Shown here: in pieces, positions 39,383 to 47,606 of the stretch | How positions within the stretch are numbered: position 1 is the first letter of the stretch | Layout: every line of letters begins with the position of its first letter | From: a virus | Reading direction: 5' to 3' (one strand) | Virus record (IMG/VR): IMGVR_UViG_3300025141_000025 | Coordinates: 32,001-96,000 of that record | Length of the DNA: 64,000 nt | Translations under genes and position numbers: made by a program | Notes under the pieces: generated by a model | Databases searched by the model: none | Told to the model about the DNA's origin: nothing | Seen by the model: only the letters and a program-made list of their open reading frames with translations

Positions 39383-40287
39383 GAAATTTCACAAATCGAT
39401 TCAAAATATTTTTTCATACATTCTTTCCAATTATCAGGTGCCAGACCTTCATCATTATTATGAAATTGTTTTGCACGTAATATCTCTGTTAAAGAATCAA
39501 ACGAATCGTATACATGCGTATTACCAACCATTTCAACAGCACCCCCTGATTCGATATGGGCATATGTAGGAAGTTTGCACGCTAAGCTTTCAATGATGTG
39601 ATTTGGGCCAGGATCAAACCTGGAAGCAGAAATATACACATCATACCTACCGAGCTTTTCTCCTAAGTCTTTTCCAAAAGTTGGTGGTAGCAAAATGGAA
39701 TTTTTAAAATTAGCCTTTGTCCTACCAATGTATGAAAAAGTAAAATCCTTATTCTCAGCGATCCAAGTATCTAACATTTCATAAATGTCTTGACCCTTAT
39801 AGGGATTATCAGACCAGTGATGAGTTACAAGATTAATTTTTCCATTATGTATTTTCTCCTGTGGTGAAAAATGAGATTTATTAGTACCTGAATATATTAC
39901 CATATTATCATGGCACATCCAACCTAGGTTACAGTGATAATTCATAATCCATTCTGAAATAAACACTGCTAAATCTACATGTTTACTCGCATAAGAAATA
40001 ATAGGATCTATCGTATTAATATCGCCTTTTCTAGCATCACACTCGTTGATTCTATAAACGATCTTTGTGTTTGGTTTTGCAGTTTTAAAAGCCTCTATTT
40101 CACGAATTGACACACCGGTTTGGTCATACCTGGGATCTATCATGAATATGATGTCAACGTCATCAGTAAGTTTATTTGTTGGGTTGATTTCATAATCGGG
40201 CGCATATTGATACAGTGCCTTGACAAAATTATTACCTCCGCCCCAGGGTCCCGAAACAGGTGCACGATTAATGTACATTTTTTTCAT
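39379..40287 (-). CDS. Glycosyltransferase, GT4-like
   Basis: GPWGGGNNF; SRFDPGPNHIIESLACKLP..SGGAVEMV. Confidence 0.8.
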   Translation of the reverse strand: MKKMYINRAPVSGPWGGGNNFVKALYQYAPDYEINPTNKLTDDVDIIFMIDPRYDQTGVSIREIEAFKTAKPNTKIVYRINECDARKGDINTIDPIISYASKHVDLAVFISEWIMNYHCNLGWMCHDNMVIYSGTNKSHFSPQEKIHNGKINLVTHHWSDNPYKGQDIYEMLDTWIAENKDFTFSYIGRTKANFKNSILLPPTFGKDLGEKLGRYDVYISASRFDPGPNHIIESLACKLPTYAHIESGGAVEMVGNTHVYDSFDSLTEILRAKQFHNNDEGLAPDNWKECMKKYFESICEIS

Positions 40288-40296
40288 TGTAAAGAT

Positions 40297-41304
40297 TTAC
40301 CTCACACCAAAAGGTTTAGTGATCTTGCCGTTAACATCAAGTAGAAAAGATAGCTTTTTATTGATTTGTGAGCAGATCTTTTTGTCAAATTCAGGATCAT
40401 TCGTTGCCTCTTTAATTGACTGGAATTTCTGGGTTGCAAAATTATAGTGTCCACAAATTTTTGTCGCATCAAGTTGCGTTGGCTTTTTCTTTACCCACTT
40501 CTTCCATTTTTTAGACTCATAACAAAGCTTGATAAATTCTTTTTTTAGTTCTGGGTGATCTTGTAAAATATCCAACACACAGCTGGTTTCAATGACCCCA
40601 AACTCCGGAGCAATATTAAAACTGTCGACACCACAGTTAGCACGTAATTCAAAGTCCTCTAACATCAAGTAATCGCTATTATGTTCTTTTGCACGTAAAC
40701 CAAAATCATGTACTATATTGCACATTTCAGTTGAAATTTTTTCATCAAATTTTCCAATATTTCCGCTAGCTAAAACCTGGGTACCTGATTGGACAACACC
40801 ATACACAACTCGCTTAAACAGGTTTGGCGACTTTTTTCTAACGCCTTCTAAGAAATTATGAAGCTCCGTAGGTGTATACGGAAATATTGCCGACTCAGTT
40901 CCAATTTCAAAAAAGGCGTTACCATTATCTACGGCAAATTTCATTAAATCATGTGTTTTTATGATTGCCTCATCTACATTTTTGACCTCTTTCCATGGAT
41001 CGATATGAATAAAAATAATTCCTGATTTGAGGTCTGCCTTTATAGATTGCAAACCATCATCTTTTTCTTTTCCTTGGCCCGGGCCTGCATGATCCCTCAA
41101 TATCGTTGGACCCTTGCACGCTTTTGAAAATTCTTCCGTGGTCCAATTATTCACATATCCACCACCTAATTCAACAGTTTCTATTTGTCGTCTTGAAGGG
41201 ACAAAACCGAAAATGTTCAATTTTCTATTAGCACGCATAACACATGCGGCCACGTTTTTGGTCATCGGACCGATAAAAAAGCGTTTGTGTAGTTTATTTT
41301 TCAT
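40297..41304 (-). CDS. TIM-barrel protein, tagatose-bisphosphate aldolase/GatZ-KbaZ-like
   Basis: SRRQI..GGYV; RDHAGPGQG; IHIDPW; EIGTE; KEHNSDY; NIAPEFG. Confidence 0.65.
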   Translation of the reverse strand: MKNKLHKRFFIGPMTKNVAACVMRANRKLNIFGFVPSRRQIETVELGGGYVNNWTTEEFSKACKGPTILRDHAGPGQGKEKDDGLQSIKADLKSGIIFIHIDPWKEVKNVDEAIIKTHDLMKFAVDNGNAFFEIGTESAIFPYTPTELHNFLEGVRKKSPNLFKRVVYGVVQSGTQVLASGNIGKFDEKISTEMCNIVHDFGLRAKEHNSDYLMLEDFELRANCGVDSFNIAPEFGVIETSCVLDILQDHPELKKEFIKLCYESKKWKKWVKKKPTQLDATKICGHYNFATQKFQSIKEATNDPEFDKKICSQINKKLSFLLDVNGKITKPFGVR

Positions 41305-42901
41305 TTATTGCCTCATAAAGCTTTAGTTTTCCAAAATGAAATAAAAAATCACCTAATCTTTTGTCATGTAAGGGTGACATGTTTATCCATATAATGCCTG
41401 TAAGCATTTCAATTTTTCTCATAGAAAAGTCATAAATTTTGCAAAAATCAACAAGCGCGCTTTTGACTTTTATTAATTTATGCGAACAAAGTAGATCTAC
41501 AGAAATATCATTCTTCTCGTTAATTTTATAGGTACATCCACCGTTTCTAACAATGTCGTGATTAAAGTGAAGATTATGATTTAATTTTGCCAAATCGTAA
41601 TAGACATCACCATTCATAATTTGTCCTGCAAAATCCTGTCGCCAGTCTATGAATGTAAATTTGTGACCATCATACACAATATTTTCTAGAATAAAATCAC
41701 CATGAAAAAGAGCCATGTTACCTTCTAAGATCCCTAAGTCACATGAATCAACTAATAAATCTTTGACAGTCTTGACAGTTTTTCCATTGATATTTTGAAC
41801 GCTGTCTTTATCATTTCTTTCATGGAAAAACTGTGCAACACGCTTCAGGGTTTTATCAACATAAAATTTCCTGCACAGATCCTTGGCAGTTTCTCTATCA
41901 CATGTGACTGACTTGCTCCACATGCTATTTTTAGCGTACTGTAGTAAATCTTCTAACATTTTGCTATCTAAATTATCGTAACGACATAAAATTTCACCTG
42001 GTGTAAAGTCATATTTCATGAAATTTGTGGTGTGCGCCGTAACGGCAGGGGTACACCCTGTCAATATTGTACCTCGTTCAACCCTGTTTTTTAGTATTTC
42101 TTCATTCGCAAAAAATTTGATAACACTGTCATTCATAAAAAATATTGATTCGTCATGCTTGTCTAGTACGTTAATATTCTTTCCTAAATGGCTTCTTGTT
42201 CTTTTTAGATCATCTAGGTTACCAACATCATACCAAACTTTTGCTTTGTATATTTCAAATGTCTTTTTATCTGTAAGCAACATTTCATTTATCACATGAC
42301 AATCCGACAAATCTGATGTGGGGGATTGTAGAATATTTTCCAAATTTTTCCAAAAAATATCCGCGTCTTTAATATAGCACTTACCAATATAAATTGGATC
42401 ATCGGCAAACGATTCACCTTTTTCTAGGATTGCCCTTACCATCTTTCCGGAATTTTGAACAGTCCTGTAATGCGAACGATTTCTTTTCTCATTAGAAACC
42501 CACAGTTTGTTAGCACTACTATTTTTTGGAATATCACCATCAGTGATGGTATCACATGCGTTGAATACAAATGAACCAGGTATTTCTTCTTTCGCACACA
42601 ACAAAGACATGCCTAGTGAAGATCCAGGACCTTGATAATTTTCTACTTCAACAAAACGAACATCTAGATCAGGATGAGCAATTTGAATATACTGCCTTAC
42701 ATGGTCACCAAAATGCCCCAATGTAATTACATACGATGTTCCTGCAGAGTAAGAATCAATAATATGACTGAGCACTGCCTTGTTGCCCACTCTTACCAAA
42801 GATTTATTGGTGTACTTGGTGGATTCCCCTAGGCGACTACCTAATCCACTGCAGGTAATAACAACTTTAGTCTTTTGAGTGACCAGACGATAATCTTCCA
42901 T
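41294..42901 (-). CDS. Bifunctional nucleotidyltransferase (GT-A fold) plus APH/choline-kinase-like phosphotransferase
   Basis: N-terminal SGLGSRL..NKSL..WYDVGN; C-terminal FHGDFILENI..FIDWRQDF..YDLAKL. Confidence 0.85.
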   Translation of the reverse strand: MEDYRLVTQKTKVVITCSGLGSRLGESTKYTNKSLVRVGNKAVLSHIIDSYSAGTSYVITLGHFGDHVRQYIQIAHPDLDVRFVEVENYQGPGSSLGMSLLCAKEEIPGSFVFNACDTITDGDIPKNSSANKLWVSNEKRNRSHYRTVQNSGKMVRAILEKGESFADDPIYIGKCYIKDADIFWKNLENILQSPTSDLSDCHVINEMLLTDKKTFEIYKAKVWYDVGNLDDLKRTRSHLGKNINVLDKHDESIFFMNDSVIKFFANEEILKNRVERGTILTGCTPAVTAHTTNFMKYDFTPGEILCRYDNLDSKMLEDLLQYAKNSMWSKSVTCDRETAKDLCRKFYVDKTLKRVAQFFHERNDKDSVQNINGKTVKTVKDLLVDSCDLGILEGNMALFHGDFILENIVYDGHKFTFIDWRQDFAGQIMNGDVYYDLAKLNHNLHFNHDIVRNGGCTYKINEKNDISVDLLCSHKLIKVKSALVDFCKIYDFSMRKIEMLTGIIWINMSPLHDKRLGDFLFHFGKLKLYEAINEK

Positions 42902-43232
42902 AGCTGTCCTCTAATCTTACAATGTCATCCTCACCAAAATATGTGCCTGTTTGTACTTCAATAAAAATTAGGTCATCAGCTTCAGACGTGTTTTTTATTC
43001 TGTGTTTTTGTCCAATTTCTACAAAAACATAATCGCCGGCATCAATTTTTCTAATTTCATCATCAATTGTTACCTCGCCAGTGCCCTTAACAATAACCCA
43101 GTGCTCAGCACGTTTGTGATGATACTGGTAGCTCGGCTGCTGACCCGGTTTCACGGTTATTGTTTTTACTTTACAAAAATCTACATCGAGAATGTTTGTA
43201 TATGAGCCCCATGGCCTGTTTTCACCTTTCAT
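42867..43232 (-). CDS. Mannose-6-phosphate isomerase type II cupin (ManC C-terminal domain, stand-alone)
   Basis: RPWGSY..SYQYHHKRAEHWVIVKG..IEVQTGTYFGEDDIVRLEDSYGR. Confidence 0.9.
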   Translation of the reverse strand: MKGENRPWGSYTNILDVDFCKVKTITVKPGQQPSYQYHHKRAEHWVIVKGTGEVTIDDEIRKIDAGDYVFVEIGQKHRIKNTSEADDLIFIEVQTGTYFGEDDIVRLEDSYGRLSSGHSKD

Positions 43233-43571
43233 TTAATTTCCCCTGTAAGCCGTAATAGAAGTAATTTTTTCTTGATCACCAAATTCAATAATGTCAACAA
43301 CAGGTATTTCATCATCATTTGCCACCACAACAATTTCAGCAAAAATTCTGTTATTCACCTGTGATAAAGACTTAACTCTTACATCTAAATTTTCAACACT
43401 TTCAAATATAGAAGCGTTAGCATCCAAAACATCATTTTTTCCGTGACATAAAAGATTCCAATCCTGTAGCCTGACTTCATCGGCAAAGAATGAAGCCAAC
43501 TTCTCAATATTTTTATTTGACCATGCAATAAAATAATTTTTGGCATGGTCGGTTAGATTTTTATATTTCAT
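43233..43571 (-). CDS. SnoaL/NTF2-like protein
   Basis: YFIAWSNKNIEKLASFFADEV..VVDIIEF..ITSITAY. Confidence 0.75.
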   Translation of the reverse strand: MKYKNLTDHAKNYFIAWSNKNIEKLASFFADEVRLQDWNLLCHGKNDVLDANASIFESVENLDVRVKSLSQVNNRIFAEIVVVANDDEIPVVDIIEFGDQEKITSITAYRGN

Positions 43572-43942
43572 ATTTCGACCCCAACAACTCCGGAATTTCT
43601 TTCAAGACATATGGCTCTGGCAGTTCTGTTTTTCTTATCACTAAGATGATGTAGTTTCTTACCCGTCTTTAAATCGTTAATTACGATTCTTTCCCCATTA
43701 GGTAGTCCCATAACCATGTGATCCCAAAATATGCCTAGTTCTTTTAACTGCTGTTCTGTTTGTAATCGCTGTGATTCTCTGCGACCGGTTGTCAGGACAA
43801 TTGTAAAACCGCTAGCCTGCCATTCATTTAATTTATCGATAACACCCGGAAGTATCTGGGCTTGATACGTAAATTGTCCGGACAGGCCCCTACCGTGATG
43901 AAATAACAGTGTGCCGTCTATATCACAAAATATTGTTTTCAT
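43568..43942 (-). CDS. HAD-family phosphatase (capsule-biosynthesis phosphatase-like)
   Basis: FCDIDGTL (DxD motif); LTTGR; RIVIND. Confidence 0.85.
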   Translation of the reverse strand: MKTIFCDIDGTLLFHHGRGLSGQFTYQAQILPGVIDKLNEWQASGFTIVLTTGRRESQRLQTEQQLKELGIFWDHMVMGLPNGERIVINDLKTGKKLHHLSDKKNRTARAICLERNSGVVGVEI

Positions 43943-44808
43943 TTATCCCTCATTTCACTGTATTTTCTATATTTCGTATTTGCTAAATTTCGCATTTCAT
44001 CAATTTTGCGAAACTCCATTGGATCATCTTTTTTAATTTTTACTAAATCGTAGTGATCACGTACTAACGGTGCTGGACCGGTCTTGGCTCCCTGCTTTCC
44101 TGCATCCCACAACCTGTTCGGACCAAAAAATTCCAAATTTCTTTCGCCTATTTTATCGGCAATCCAACCCCGGGTTAAGAAATGACTGTGAATATTCCAA
44201 TTTGGAAAGCGACTAATACCTGATATAAAATCAAACATATCACACAGGACATTCATGAACTTAGGACCACTAATAAAAAACAAATCATGGATTCCATGAT
44301 TACTCAATGGAGGAATTACATGTAATTTTTGTAAGTCTAATTTTTCAAATGCAATAGGCATGTTGTATGCTAAATCGAATCTGGTTAGCAAAATTACATC
44401 GTATTCAAAACCCTTAGAAGACTCATAGTCCTTTCTTAGTTTATTTGCTACTTTTGCGCTATACCACCTACTAAACAACGAGTGAAATCTTATATTTTGC
44501 ATTCCTAGGAATACACCGTTTTCTGTCTTTCCGGCATTCATGGGTAAATTTGGGTCACCTACAACATATTCAAAATCAAAATGTATCTGCTCTTCAAAAA
44601 GGTGTGCCTTTGGATTATATAATTCAACTAATTGGTCTTTACTTTCTTCAGACCAGGTATGCATAAAAACATCTATTTCATGGCTGCTGTTAGCTTCCGT
44701 AATATTCTTTACAAAATGATCATGTGACAACTTTAAATTTAAACACTCACCGGTTCCATACTTGTTGGTATTACCGGCAAGGCCATGCATCAATACGGCA
44801 ATTTTCAT
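43939..44808 (-). CDS. Putative glycan-modifying/glycosyltransferase-like protein
   Basis: MKIAVLMHG..DVFMHTW..SRWYS..YDVILLTRFDL..DLFF pattern seen in polysaccharide loci. Confidence 0.55.
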   Translation of the reverse strand: MKIAVLMHGLAGNTNKYGTGECLNLKLSHDHFVKNITEANSSHEIDVFMHTWSEESKDQLVELYNPKAHLFEEQIHFDFEYVVGDPNLPMNAGKTENGVFLGMQNIRFHSLFSRWYSAKVANKLRKDYESSKGFEYDVILLTRFDLAYNMPIAFEKLDLQKLHVIPPLSNHGIHDLFFISGPKFMNVLCDMFDFISGISRFPNWNIHSHFLTRGWIADKIGERNLEFFGPNRLWDAGKQGAKTGPAPLVRDHYDLVKIKKDDPMEFRKIDEMRNLANTKYRKYSEMRDK

Positions 44809-45530
44809 GATCCTACAAATCCCCTTTCACGAAGGTAAAGTGCCTCTGCTTGTTGAAATTTTGCATCTTCACTTTGAAATGTCTCAGGCTCCATTTTAAT
44901 GGTATAATGATAAGCAACTATTGGTTCAAAATGCCAATTACCAGCTGCCTGGTGTAAAATAGGAAGATAAATTGCTTGATCGCCTATTCTTTTAAAATAT
45001 TCGCCATCCTGGGCTTTGAAATTTTCATCCGGAACATTATTGATTAGTTTTTTCCGGAAAGTTTTTAAGTGTGAACTTACCCATGGGTGGGAATAAACAT
45101 TGGCATCTTTGGGTAAAGGTCCTGATATATTTTGATTTGTAAATGACCACCTATGTGCTGTCCACAATGCATCAACCCCCAATGTGTCATATCTATGATT
45201 AATAATAGATAATGCATCACAGTCACATAACCAATCATCACCATCCAAACGACAGACTATGTCATCATCATGACAATGCTCGAGAAGTTCTAGAATATTT
45301 CTGACTTCCCATTTCTTTGTTGTGTTTGTTTCAATAAATAATTTTTCATCCGGTATTGACAGGTACTCTTTTACGCCTGCCACAACATCAACAGTCGCAT
45401 CAGTTGACATATCATCACGAATCAATATCTTCCAATTATCATGTGTCTGAGACCAAACTGATAAAATTGTCCTAGCGATCGTGTCCTTTGCGTTATACGC
45501 CGGCATGATAAAAACGAATCTGTTGCTCAT
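44805..45530 (-). CDS. Glycosyltransferase, GT2 family
   Basis: MPAYNA; DDMSTD; LDGDDWL. Confidence 0.9.
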   Translation of the reverse strand: MSNRFVFIMPAYNAKDTIARTILSVWSQTHDNWKILIRDDMSTDATVDVVAGVKEYLSIPDEKLFIETNTTKKWEVRNILELLEHCHDDDIVCRLDGDDWLCDCDALSIINHRYDTLGVDALWTAHRWSFTNQNISGPLPKDANVYSHPWVSSHLKTFRKKLINNVPDENFKAQDGEYFKRIGDQAIYLPILHQAAGNWHFEPIVAYHYTIKMEPETFQSEDAKFQQAEALYLRERGFVGS

Positions 45531-47419
45531 GATATCCTGATGCTAGGTGTCGGATTGTTAAAGTCAACTTTACTGTGAAAAACATGACCACCTGTTTTTT
45601 GCTTAAGCATTTCAGCCATTTCGGTAATTTCTTTTTCTGAAACCTCTGACCATGGTTTATCAAAAAACATATTGTTTTCAGCGGTATCTTCCTGCTTGAT
45701 ATTGTACAAGCTTTCCCAGTGCTTTTGCCAATAATTTTTGTATGTCTTTATTTTTCTGTTAATATCCATCCATGAATAATGTTTTACCGCAGGTAAAAGA
45801 TTTACACAATTTTGCAACCATTGTTCATAAACATGTAAAGCATTTTTATCACCTGTCAATGCCAATGCCCGGGCTTTGTGTGCCTCTTCATTATAGAATG
45901 ATGCATGGGGAATTCTATGACCGGTATCTACATGAACATAATCACACCCATCGGAACCTGGTGCTGAATAAAGGTCACCATTTTCATCATAAAGTCGTAA
46001 CTCAGCCGGAATGCCATGGGTAATATGAGGCATGTTTTTGCTTAATCTCCACTTCCATGGATTTACATCGACCCTTACCTTGTCTTCACTTCCCCAGAAT
46101 TCCACAACTGGAAATGAAACCAAATCTACTGTGGCCGGCCACGACCTATAAAAAGAAACAATTTTTTCCCTCATACCTGGGCATGCAACTTCATCAGCAT
46201 CCTGCTGCCAACAAAGATCTTTGGTACACAATTTTCTGGCCGCTGCTTTTTGTGCTCCGTCAAAAACAGCAAACCTATTATGGTTCCAATCACGGGCAAC
46301 CTTTTGAATTACCAACTTTTCTTCTCGTTCAGCCCAATTTTCTAGATTTTCAAGGGTGCCGTCCGTTGATCCACCATCAACAACAACAACCTCATCGCAG
46401 AAATCCAACATAGAATTAATACACGACTCATAATCATATTCCTGATCATGACAATTAAGTGTCGTTGTATATCCGGATATTGTTGGTTCATGATTGGCAT
46501 CTTGCATAATTTGCCTCCAGAATAAATCACGTGACCCATAAAGATATTGTTCAATTTCTAAAAGGTCATCGGTTGAAAACCATTCTTCATTTTTGTGTTG
46601 CACGTAATCATTAAGCACTAAATCACAACCCAGAAGCTTGGCCTCAATTACCATCCTAGGACATGTATCATTTCCTTCAGGCAAATAAACAAAACCCTCA
46701 GCTGTACTGAGTTTTTCTAGTACTTCTAGGTAGGGTATACCCCAAACAACTTCGTAATTTAATTCGTTATCTTCACAATATTGCTCTGCCTTTGAAGCCC
46801 CCTTGATCCAACTATTGGATCCTAGGACTATCCAGCCCTTTCTTTCTTTACCTTCGGCCATGGCTCTTAGGTTTTTAACATGCATAAAAAAGCTGTCATC
46901 AAAAACTGATGAAAGCACTGTATTATTCTTTTCGGCCAAGAAAGAAAATTTTTCTATGTAATGCTCGAGCTGCCCTTCACTCATCCAAAAAAGTGATGTA
47001 GCACCATAATAAAAAGCAGAAATCATTTTACCATGTTGAGTATTTTCACATTGACATGCTTCTTGTTCCGCCAATTCATGCTTTTCAGTGGATCTATACT
47101 TGCAATATTTGTAATCATACTCTAGAACTGAGTATTTCATATTTGCAACAATCGATGGAATTAATTGCTGATGCATTGAAGCAAAGTTTCCAAAAATCCA
47201 ATATCGATCATGGCCTTGCTCTAATAGGTCTAAATTTAAATCCTTAGCCAGGATTTTTTGAAATGGAACCGGACACTTTGATATAAGTGCCTCTGTCGTA
47301 AGTTCAGCTCCACCAACATATTGATCTACAAACATGTCTGAGACAAAGATTATTTGTGCATCATCTCTTATGGAAACTAATCCCATATTTGAAGATTCAA
47401 AAGGACTGTTCAGGTTCAT
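45527..47419 (-). CDS. Fused glycosyltransferase (GT-B/GT4-like plus GT2)
   Basis: GGAELT and DTCPRMVIEAKLLG in the N-terminal half; VVVDGGSTDGT and QDADE in the C-terminal half. Confidence 0.85.
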   Translation of the reverse strand: MNLNSPFESSNMGLVSIRDDAQIIFVSDMFVDQYVGGAELTTEALISKCPVPFQKILAKDLNLDLLEQGHDRYWIFGNFASMHQQLIPSIVANMKYSVLEYDYKYCKYRSTEKHELAEQEACQCENTQHGKMISAFYYGATSLFWMSEGQLEHYIEKFSFLAEKNNTVLSSVFDDSFFMHVKNLRAMAEGKERKGWIVLGSNSWIKGASKAEQYCEDNELNYEVVWGIPYLEVLEKLSTAEGFVYLPEGNDTCPRMVIEAKLLGCDLVLNDYVQHKNEEWFSTDDLLEIEQYLYGSRDLFWRQIMQDANHEPTISGYTTTLNCHDQEYDYESCINSMLDFCDEVVVVDGGSTDGTLENLENWAEREEKLVIQKVARDWNHNRFAVFDGAQKAAARKLCTKDLCWQQDADEVACPGMREKIVSFYRSWPATVDLVSFPVVEFWGSEDKVRVDVNPWKWRLSKNMPHITHGIPAELRLYDENGDLYSAPGSDGCDYVHVDTGHRIPHASFYNEEAHKARALALTGDKNALHVYEQWLQNCVNLLPAVKHYSWMDINRKIKTYKNYWQKHWESLYNIKQEDTAENNMFFDKPWSEVSEKEITEMAEMLKQKTGGHVFHSKVDFNNPTPSIRIS

Positions 47420-47606
47420 ACTATATCTCCATTATCTGCTCTAGAGATAATAGAAACATTAAAGAAGAAGTTTATAAAAATGATTTAAATTTAATGATAT
47501 ATCAGATAATCTGTAGAACTGAATCTGAATTAAAGATATACTCTATTTTTGGTATGTTCAAAAAAAAATGAAAAAACTTGTGTTTTGAACAAAAAGAGGC
47601 GAGATA
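47420..47606. other. AT-rich intergenic region dense in inverted repeats
   Basis: ATTATCT/AGATAAT (47431-47451), TGATATATCA, CAGATAATCTG, TGTTCAAAA/TTTTGAACA (47555-47591); longest non-coding gap in the window. Confidence 0.6.

Noticed and set aside
25792-47419. Bacterial LPS/O-antigen locus
   Set aside because: It lacks transport, polymerase and ligase genes and is coupled to phage sigma, spike and fibre genes.
47431-47513. Fur box suggested by GATAAT hexamers
   Set aside because: Spacing and orientation do not match the GATAATGATAATCATTATC arrangement.
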